A stretch of DNA of 11,339 nucleotides from Fidelibacterota bacterium. Its GTDB lineage: Bacteria; Fidelibacterota; Marinisomatia; SCGC-AAA003-L08; TS1B11. The DNA lies in NCBI GenBank assembly GCA_041862535.1, contig JBGVTM010000280.1:1-11339 (forward strand), read 5' to 3'. A program made the position numbers and the translations under genes. The notes under the pieces are model-generated. The model saw only the letters and a list, made by a program, of their open reading frames with translations. It searched no databases and was not told the DNA's origin. Positions 1 through 6,699 of this stretch are shown piece by piece (position 1 is the stretch's first letter; every line of letters starts with the position of its first letter).

Positions 1-219
1 CAGCTCCTCCGGGCCTGGGACCTGGGCCGCCAGGCCGGGCTGCATTTCGTCTACGGCGGCAATATTCCCGGCATGGTCCCCGAGCTGGAAAACACCTGCT
101 GCCCTGGCTGCGACACGCCCCTGGTCCGCCGCGTGGGCTATTACATCCTCGACAATCAAATCGCCCCCGACGGCACCTGCCCGCACTGCGGCACCGCCAT
201 TCCCGGCGTGTGGGCCTGA
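1..219 (+). CDS. 3' end (72 codons) of a radical SAM enzyme, AmmeMemoRadiSam-system (AmrS)/PflA-like; 5' partial
   Basis: Frame 1 is open from base 1 to TGA 217-219. It translates to ...GLHFVYGGNIPGMVPELENTCCPGCDTPLVRRVGYYILDNQIAPDGTCPHCGTAIPGVWA*. The C-terminal tail with a 'VY-GN-PG' segment followed by two Cys pairs (C-P-G-C ... C-P-H-C-G...IPGVW) matches the conserved tail I recall for AmrS-type radical SAM proteins. The N-terminal radical SAM core lies outside the window. Confidence 0.55.
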   Translation, partial: QLLRAWDLGRQAGLHFVYGGNIPGMVPELENTCCPGCDTPLVRRVGYYILDNQIAPDGTCPHCGTAIPGVWA

Positions 220-238
220 CAGGGGCCGATTAAGCCGC

Positions 239-268
239 TTGACACCTGCAAGAATCCCTCCGTAAGCT
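239..268 (+). promoter_or_regulatory. Candidate sigma70-type promoter TTGACA-N18-TAAGCT upstream of the EncFtn/encapsulin operon
   Basis: TTGACA at 239-244, 18-nt spacer, TAAGCT at 263-268. It lies about 100 nt upstream of ATG 368. A GTGAT-CC-ATCAC palindrome (279-290) follows immediately. Confidence 0.3.
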
Positions 269-367
269 TAGCCGGATTGTGATCCATCACGATTCGGCGA
301 GAATAGCTGCCTGCGCCACCAGTCAAGGCAGCGGCTGCCGCGAACAAGCCTATCAGGAGTAGTCACT

Positions 368-742
368 ATGTCCAATTATCATGAACCCTTTGAACATTTG
401 CCGGAAGAAGCCCGCGCCTTTCATCGGGCCATTCGAAGCCTGGTCGAAGAGCTCGAGGCGGTGGACTGGTACCATCAGCGCGTCACGCAGACCGAAGACG
501 AGGAACTCAAGGCTATCCTGGCCCACAACCGGGACGAGGAGATGGAACACGCCGCCATGCTCCTGGAATGGCTCCGCCGCAACATGCCCGGCTGGGACGG
601 GGAACTGCGCGATTATCTATTCAAGGACGGTCCCATTGTCCACCACAACATCGAAGAAGAGCTATCCCCAGCTAGCCTATCAGATCTGGGCATCGGTGCC
701 CTGAAACCGAAAGGCTCACCACCGGAGAAAGGAAGGGAATAA
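368..742 (+). CDS. Encapsulin-associated ferritin-like protein (EncFtn/Flp cargo) with C-terminal cargo-loading peptide
   Basis: 124 aa. AGGAG RBS at 352-356. The core 'HEP...EEARAFHRAIRSLVEELEAVDWYHQRVTQTEDEELKAILAHNRDEEMEHAAMLLEWLRRN' matches the EncFtn family (Rhodospirillum rubrum Rru_A0973-like; E-x-x-H di-iron motifs). The C-terminal 'LSDLGIGALKPKG' (nt ~680-706) matches the encapsulin targeting-peptide consensus (S/D)xGIGxLK. The stop is 2 nt before the encapsulin start. Confidence 0.85.
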   Translation: MSNYHEPFEHLPEEARAFHRAIRSLVEELEAVDWYHQRVTQTEDEELKAILAHNRDEEMEHAAMLLEWLRRNMPGWDGELRDYLFKDGPIVHHNIEEELSPASLSDLGIGALKPKGSPPEKGRE

Positions 743-744
743 GC

Positions 745-1551
745 ATGGATTTTCTCAAGCGCTCACTGGCCCCCATCACCGAGGCCGCCTGGGAGGCTAT
801 TGACGACGAGGCCCGCCGCGTCCTGAGCATCAACCTCACCGCCCGCCAGGTGGTGGATGTGGCCGGTCCTAAGGGACTGGACTTCGCCGCCGTCTCCCTG
901 GGCCGCCTGGAAGTGCCCGACAAGGAGGCCGCCGCAGGCGTCCGCTACGGCATCCCCCAGGTGCAGCCCCTAGTCGAGCTGCGAGCCTCCTTCGAACTGA
1001 ATATCTGGGAACTGGACAACATCGAGCGGGGTGCCAAGGACCTGGACCTGTCCAGCCTCACCGAGGCCGCCCGGCGCCTGGCCCACTTTGAAGACCAGAC
1101 TGTCTACTGTGGCTTTAAGCCCGCTAAGCTCCCCGGCCTGTGTGAAGTCAGCACTCACAAACCGCTGTCAATCACCAACGACGCCAGGACCTACCCGGAA
1201 CGGGTCAGCCAGGCCATCCTGCTGCTGCGCAACGCCGGTGTGGAAGGCCCCTACGCCCTGGTCCTGGGAGATGCCCCCTACCTGGCCCTGACCGCCGCCG
1301 GCCCCAACTACCCGCTGCTAAAAACAGTGGAACACCTCCTAGATGGACCGGTCATCCACACTGCCGTTCTGAAAGGCGGGTTTCTGGTTTCCACCCGCGG
1401 CGGCGACCTGGAACTCACTCTCGGCCAGGACCTGGCCATCGGCTACGAGACCCACGACACCAAGACGGTGCGCCTCTACCTGACCGAGTCCTTCACCTTC
1501 CAGGTATTGACGCCCGAGGCGGCGGTCTGCCTGGATTTAAAGGAGAAATAG
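745..1551 (+). CDS. Family 1 encapsulin nanocompartment shell protein (linocin M18-like, HK97 fold)
   Basis: 268 aa. AAGGAAGG RBS. The N-terminus 'MDFLKRSLAPITEAAWEAIDDEARRVLSINLTARQVVDVAGPKGLDFAAVSLGRLEV' is highly similar to T. maritima and M. xanthus encapsulin N-termini ([20 protein letters not shown]...). The length (about 265 aa) fits, and it sits immediately downstream of an EncFtn cargo gene. Confidence 0.9.
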   Translation: MDFLKRSLAPITEAAWEAIDDEARRVLSINLTARQVVDVAGPKGLDFAAVSLGRLEVPDKEAAAGVRYGIPQVQPLVELRASFELNIWELDNIERGAKDLDLSSLTEAARRLAHFEDQTVYCGFKPAKLPGLCEVSTHKPLSITNDARTYPERVSQAILLLRNAGVEGPYALVLGDAPYLALTAAGPNYPLLKTVEHLLDGPVIHTAVLKGGFLVSTRGGDLELTLGQDLAIGYETHDTKTVRLYLTESFTFQVLTPEAAVCLDLKEK

Positions 1552-1596
1552 AGCTCCCGGCCTACTGATTTAATCACCGCCGGATGCCATTAAATT

Positions 1597-1624
1597 CACC
1601 TCGCAGCAACTAACCCGCGAGGTG
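1597..1624 (+). promoter_or_regulatory. Perfect 8-bp-stem hairpin (CACCTCGC-N12-GCGAGGTG) whose 3' arm contains the GAGGTG Shine-Dalgarno of the downstream esterase gene
   Basis: Left arm 1597-1604, loop 1605-1616, right arm 1617-1624. ATG at 1629. No U-tract follows, so this is not a classical intrinsic terminator. It looks more like an RBS-sequestering or processing structure. Confidence 0.35.
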
Positions 1625-1628
1625 AACC

Positions 1629-2639
1629 ATGTATAGCCGTACCCTCCAAGGCAGCGTCCGAAACCTGACCCTGGACAGCACCCTGCTCAAGGGCAACCCA
1701 CTGGGCGATCCCCACGTCCGCACTTTCCCGGTCTACCTGCCGCCGGTGTACGACCACGGCAACGCGCGCTACCCGGTGATCTACGCCCTGGCGGGCTTCA
1801 CCGGGACGGGTCTGAACATGGCCGGCTTCTCGGTCTGGGAGGAGAACCTCCCCGAGCAGCTGGACGGCCTGATCGTCAACAGCGGCTGCCCGCCCGCTAT
1901 CCTGGTCATGCCCGACTGCTTCACCCGCCTGGGGGGCAGCCAGTACGTCAATTCCAGCGCCACCGGCCCCTACGAGGACTACCTCATCACCGAGGTTATC
2001 CCCTTCATTGACGGCCAGCTGCGCACAGTGTCAGACCGGGAGCACCGGGGTGTCACCGGCAAGTCCAGCGGCGGCTACGGCGCCCTCACAATGGCTATGA
2101 AGCACCCCGACACCTTCGCCGCGGCTGCCTGCCACAGCGGCGACATGTACTTCGAGTACTGCTACCTGCGGGAATTCCCCAAGGCGGTGGATGCACTCAT
2201 TCAATATGGTGGCGTGGAGGGCTTCCTAAAGGAATTCGCCGGAGCGGTCAAGAAAGGCCCGCTCATCCCAACCCTGAACATTCTGGCCATGGCGGCGGCC
2301 TACTCGCCGGATGGGGAGGACTACTGGCTGCCTTTTACCCTGCCGAGCGGGGAGCTGGTGCCCGAAATCTGGGAGCGCTGGCTGGCACACGATCCCGTGC
2401 GCATGGTTGAGCGTGGGAACCATGCGGAGGCGCTGCGGCGTCTCAAACTGCTTTACCTCGACGCCGGCGAAAAGGACGAGTTCGCCCTCCACCTGGGCGC
2501 GCGCATATTCGTGGAGCGCCTGAAAGACCTGGAGATCCCCTACCACTACGAGGAATTTTCGGACGGGCACTTCGGGATCAACTACCGGTACAAGACCAGC
2601 CTGGAACTGCTGGCTAAGGCGCTGACTGGAAACCCTTGA
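1629..2639 (+). CDS. Esterase-family alpha/beta hydrolase (PF00756 'putative esterase'; Fes/IroE/antigen-85/FghA-like)
   Basis: 336 aa. 'PVYLPPVYDHGNARYPVIYALAGFTG' is the typical family N-terminal region. The nucleophile elbow is G-K-S-S-G-G-Y-G-A-L (a GxSxG motif). A downstream His is at '...SDGHFG'. Confidence 0.75.
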   Translation: MYSRTLQGSVRNLTLDSTLLKGNPLGDPHVRTFPVYLPPVYDHGNARYPVIYALAGFTGTGLNMAGFSVWEENLPEQLDGLIVNSGCPPAILVMPDCFTRLGGSQYVNSSATGPYEDYLITEVIPFIDGQLRTVSDREHRGVTGKSSGGYGALTMAMKHPDTFAAAACHSGDMYFEYCYLREFPKAVDALIQYGGVEGFLKEFAGAVKKGPLIPTLNILAMAAAYSPDGEDYWLPFTLPSGELVPEIWERWLAHDPVRMVERGNHAEALRRLKLLYLDAGEKDEFALHLGARIFVERLKDLEIPYHYEEFSDGHFGINYRYKTSLELLAKALTGNP

Positions 2640-2851
2640 TCCCCTCCCTGCCCAAAGCGACACCCACCTGGTTACGCCGGCCCGCACCCGCAGCATCAAG
2701 CTGCTACTGTTAAGGTAGGCCGTACCGCCGCTGCGCCCTTATCGGAATCCGCAGTTGCCCTTAGCCTAGCCCTGAGTCCTGACTTTACGTCGGGATCGAA
2801 GGGGAGCAGGATTCATTGCTCGCCCATAGGGCAACCCCTCGCAACTAGAGC

Positions 2852-2881
2852 TTGACTCATAGCACCCCCAACCGGTAAGCT
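2852..2881 (+). promoter_or_regulatory. Candidate promoter TTGACT-N18-TAAGCT upstream of rplU-rpmA
   Basis: TTGACT at 2852-2857, 18-nt spacer, TAAGCT at 2876-2881, about 50 nt upstream of ATG 2931. The architecture is identical to the candidate at 239-268. Confidence 0.3.
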
Positions 2882-2930
2882 AGCGCGCTTTTCGAAATGC
2901 GAATCACAGTGAATTAGGCACAACAGACTG

Positions 2931-3509
2931 ATGGTCGAGAAAGCTAAAGACGGATATGCCATAGTGGACTTCGCCGGTAAGCAGTTCCGGGTAGAGGCGG
3001 GCCAGGAGCTCAAGGTCCCCCATACTGATGGTGAGGCTGGCGCCAACCTGCAGCTGGAGCGGGTGCTGCTGCTCCATGACGGCGGCACTACCCTTTTCGG
3101 CCAGCCGACGGTAGCCGGGGCCGCGGTGGACGCCACCATCCTGGGGCACGGCCGGGACCGGAAAATCACCGTCTTCAAGTTCCGCCGCCGCAAGGGCTAC
3201 CGCAAAAAGACCGGTCACCGGCAGGATTACAGCCTTCTGCGCATCAACGCCATCAACCTGGTCCAGGCCAGCCCCGCCGCCGAAGCCCCGACTGAAGAGG
3301 TGCCCACCCAACCCGCACCCAAGAAGCCCGCCGGGAAGGCCGCCGCACCGAAGAAGACCACCACTGTGAAAAAGACAGCTGTGACCAGGAAAACGACTAC
3401 CACTAAAAAGTCAGCAGGCGCAAAAAAAGCGACCACCAGCGGTAAGTCGGCCGCAGCTAAAAAGACTGCCGCCAAACCGGCCTCCAAGAAGAAAACCGGC
3501 GGCAGCTAA
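2931..3509 (+). CDS. rplU: 50S ribosomal protein bL21 with about 75-aa Lys/Ala/Thr/Pro-rich C-terminal extension
   Basis: 'YAIVDFAGKQFRVEAGQELKV...ITVFKFRRRKGYRKKTGHRQDYSLLRINAI' is the canonical bL21 core. The residues after about aa 115 (PAAEAPTEEVPTQPAPKKPAGKAAAPKKTTTVKK...AAKKTAAKPASKKKTGGS) are low-complexity and basic. The start could also lie slightly downstream, because no clear SD precedes 2931. Confidence 0.85.
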   Translation: MVEKAKDGYAIVDFAGKQFRVEAGQELKVPHTDGEAGANLQLERVLLLHDGGTTLFGQPTVAGAAVDATILGHGRDRKITVFKFRRRKGYRKKTGHRQDYSLLRINAINLVQASPAAEAPTEEVPTQPAPKKPAGKAAAPKKTTTVKKTAVTRKTTTTKKSAGAKKATTSGKSAAAKKTAAKPASKKKTGGS

Positions 3510-3561
3510 AAACGAAACTTTGAACTAGAAACCTGAAACTCATAACTAGTAACTTATAACC

Positions 3562-3819
3562 ATGGCACACAAGAAAGGCGTAGGCAGTTCCAAAAACGGA
3601 CGCGACAGCCTCAGCAAGCGACTGGGGGTCAAGCGCTTTGGCGGCCAGTTGGTGACCGCCGGCTCCATCCTGGTACGCCAGCGAGGCACCAAATTTCATC
3701 CCGGCCGGAACGTAGGCCTGGGAGGTGACGATACCCTCTTCTCAAAAATCGATGGCGTTGTTAAATTCGAGCGTAAAGGGCGAATGAAAAAGCTCGTTTC
3801 CGTATATCCGCCCACATGA
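3562..3819 (+). CDS. rpmA: 50S ribosomal protein bL27
   Basis: '[52 protein letters not shown]' is a near-consensus bL27 N-terminus. 85 aa. It is immediately downstream of rplU, the conserved order. Confidence 0.92.
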   Translation: MAHKKGVGSSKNGRDSLSKRLGVKRFGGQLVTAGSILVRQRGTKFHPGRNVGLGGDDTLFSKIDGVVKFERKGRMKKLVSVYPPT

Positions 3820-3828
3820 CTGAACTAA

Positions 3829-4839
<1,011 letters not shown>

Positions 4840-4863
4840 TCTGCCGACACCCTACCAAAATCA

Positions 4864-4906
4864 GGGCGCCCTCCTTTGCTCGTGCAGGGGAGGGCGTCCT
4901 GCTTTT
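4864..4906 (+). terminator. Rho-independent terminator of mdh
   Basis: GGGCGCCCTCC (4864-4874) pairs with GGAGGGCGTCC (4889-4899), with one G-U. The loop is about 14 nt. It is followed by TGCTTTT (4900-4906). Confidence 0.55.
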
Positions 4907-5252
4907 ACCGCTCAACATCTCTATGCTCTTAAGCGGCAATAGCTTCACGGCCAGTCGCAAGCTTGTGCTGCAGAGGTAAGCTAGTCCCAGCAGCACCGTC
5001 ATCATACTTCGTCAGGCCTTTGGCGTGAGCTCAGGCGAACGCTCAGTGCGACGACTGAATTGGCTAGCCCTGACGGCTAAGGGCTAAAGGCTAACAGTGT
5101 CACCCAGCACACTATATTTTCCTGCCAATCGCGCCACCCGGTTGTAATTTTCCCCGGTTGAAATTTTACCAGACAGTAACTTATTGTTCAGCCGAAATCC
5201 ATGACAACCAACACCCTACAGGGCCAGTCTAAGCAATTGTGAAGGGCGGAAC

Positions 5253-5789
5253 GTGGACGAGAAAACGGTCGCACTAATCCGATCTGCGCAAGGCGGCGAT
5301 CAGCACGCGTTCCACCAGTTAGTAGCCATGTATGATGCGAAAATCATGGCCCTGGCACTGCAACTGCTGAAGAACAAGGAAGATGCTGAAGACATTTATC
5401 AAGAAGTTTTTATCAAGGTCTGGAAGAGTCTCGGTTCTTTCGAATTCAAGAGCGATTTCTATACCTGGCTCTATCGCATTACATCCAATACCTGCTTCAG
5501 CTACCGCAGCGGCCGACATCGGCATCACCTGGACAACATCTCCCTGGAAGAGGGCTACCACGATGCCTACACCGATGAGATTCAGAAGCGCACCGAACAG
5601 CAGCAGCATATCATTGATGCCGTGGATGCCCTGCCCCCGAAGCAGAAGACCGTTTTCGTCATGCGCTACTACCAGGGACACAAGATTAAGGACATTGCCA
5701 CACTCCTGGGTTGCACCCCTGGTACCATCAAGCGGTACCTACACCGGGCAACCCTCAAACTGAGGAAGGATTTGGCGGCTTATGCCTAG
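5253..5789 (+). CDS. ECF-type RNA polymerase sigma-70 family factor
   Basis: 178 aa, GTG start, with GAAGGG upstream. Region 2 is 'DAEDIYQEVFIKVWKSLGSFEF..FYTWLYRITSNTC'. Region 4 is the HTH 'LPPKQKTVFVMRYYQGHKIKDIATLLGCTPGTIKRYLHRATLKLRK'. The stop overlaps the next start (ATGCCTAG). Confidence 0.88.
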   Translation: MDEKTVALIRSAQGGDQHAFHQLVAMYDAKIMALALQLLKNKEDAEDIYQEVFIKVWKSLGSFEFKSDFYTWLYRITSNTCFSYRSGRHRHHLDNISLEEGYHDAYTDEIQKRTEQQQHIIDAVDALPPKQKTVFVMRYYQGHKIKDIATLLGCTPGTIKRYLHRATLKLRKDLAAYA

Positions 5790-6699
5790 ACAAGTTCAAC
5801 GCAACACCGATCTGAGCGAGAAGCGGCTCCGGGAGATCTTCGCCGAGATTAAGCCGGTCTACCGAGTCGATGAGGCGTGGCTGCAGACTCAGCGGGTGAA
5901 GCTCAAGGGTGCCATTGCCGTGACCGCAGAGGCTGGCCTGCTGGTGCGTTTCTGGGAGCGGCTCCAGCTGTGGTGGGAGGAACTGCCCTACCTGTGGGCT
6001 CCGGCCCGGCCAGCACTGGCGTGGGCGGCCGCCCTCGTCGTGGGCATCCTCATCGGACGCTTTCTCCTGCTCGGCCCCAGCGCCCCCGGCCTGTCCCTCG
6101 CCGACGAAGACGTCAGCCGCTTCACCCATCAACAATTGGCTGAACTCATCCGCACCGGCCAGCTGGAGGATATCGACGTGAACCTCTCGGACGATCCCCA
6201 GAACCCGGTGGAGCTGAACCTGGTAACCGGCCGGGAGATGACGCTCACCGGTACTGCCGAGCGCGAGGATATCCTGGCCGCCCTGGAGTACGTGTTGGTG
6301 AAAGATCCCAATCCCGGCCAGCGCCTCCAGTCGGCCCGCATCCTGGGCGGCACTTCCCAACTGGAAAGCAAGAAGTCCACGCTCATGGCCCTGGTCTCAG
6401 CCCTCCTCAGCGATGAAAATGCCGGCGTTCGGCTGTCCATTATCGGAAGCCTGCAGGGTATTCAGTCACCCCTCATCAAGGACGCTCTCATCAAAGTCGT
6501 CATGGAGGACGAGAACGAGGGGGTGCGCCTGGCGGCCGTGAAAAACCTGGCCAACTTCCTGGATGACCTCTCGGTACGCTCAGCCCTGCTCCTGGTCTCC
6601 CGAATGGACCCCATGGAGAGTGTGCGCTACCAAGCTTACCAGACCCTCTCCCAAGTAACCGAATCATTGGAGGAAGAACGGCTGGATTTACAACCATGA
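5782..6699 (+). CDS. Putative anti-sigma factor: basic cytoplasmic N-domain, one TM helix, acidic extracytoplasmic domain with about 4 HEAT/PBS-lyase-like repeats
   Basis: 305 aa. It overlaps the sigma gene by 8 nt and the next gene by 4 nt (ATGA). The hydrophobic segment 'PALAWAAALVVGILIGRFLLLG' is at aa about 77-100. The N-terminal part is K/R-rich and the C-terminal part D/E-rich. Repeats are 'NPGQRLQSARILGG', 'NAGVRLSIIGSLQG', 'NEGVRLAAVKNLAN' and 'ESVRYQAYQTLSQ'. There is no HxxxCxxC zinc anti-sigma motif. Confidence 0.55.
   Translation: MPRQVQRNTDLSEKRLREIFAEIKPVYRVDEAWLQTQRVKLKGAIAVTAEAGLLVRFWERLQLWWEELPYLWAPARPALAWAAALVVGILIGRFLLLGPSAPGLSLADEDVSRFTHQQLAELIRTGQLEDIDVNLSDDPQNPVELNLVTGREMTLTGTAEREDILAALEYVLVKDPNPGQRLQSARILGGTSQLESKKSTLMALVSALLSDENAGVRLSIIGSLQGIQSPLIKDALIKVVMEDENEGVRLAAVKNLANFLDDLSVRSALLLVSRMDPMESVRYQAYQTLSQVTESLEEERLDLQP

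Noticed and set aside
327-339. GGCAGC-G-GCTGCC perfect palindrome just upstream of the EncFtn RBS
   Set aside because: A GC-rich 6-mer palindrome with a 1-nt spacer cannot form a stable hairpin. It is within chance expectation for this composition. The GTGAT-CC-ATCAC site nearby is a better operator candidate.
381-704. Alternative-frame ORFs inside genes (381-704 +, 1031-1291 +, 2311-2523 +, 3935-4171 +, 5383-5763 +, 5877-6143 +, 8395-8661 +, 8848-9159 +, 10591-10926 +)
   Set aside because: They overlap well-supported CDSs in another frame, with Pro/Arg/Ser-rich composition. They are best explained as frame shadows.
3510-3561. Degenerate GAAACT/GAACT/TAACT run in the rplU-rpmA spacer
   Set aside because: It is short, AT-rich, low-complexity intergenic sequence. 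It could be a weak processing or RBS-enhancer region, but there is no inverted-repeat or motif evidence. It is too short to distinguish from chance.
4977-4982. Third occurrence of TAAGCT (with 263 and 2876), suggesting a recurring -10 element
   Set aside because: A 6-mer containing the AGCT palindrome is expected several times by chance in 11 kb on two strands. This copy lacks a plausible -35 at 17-18 nt.
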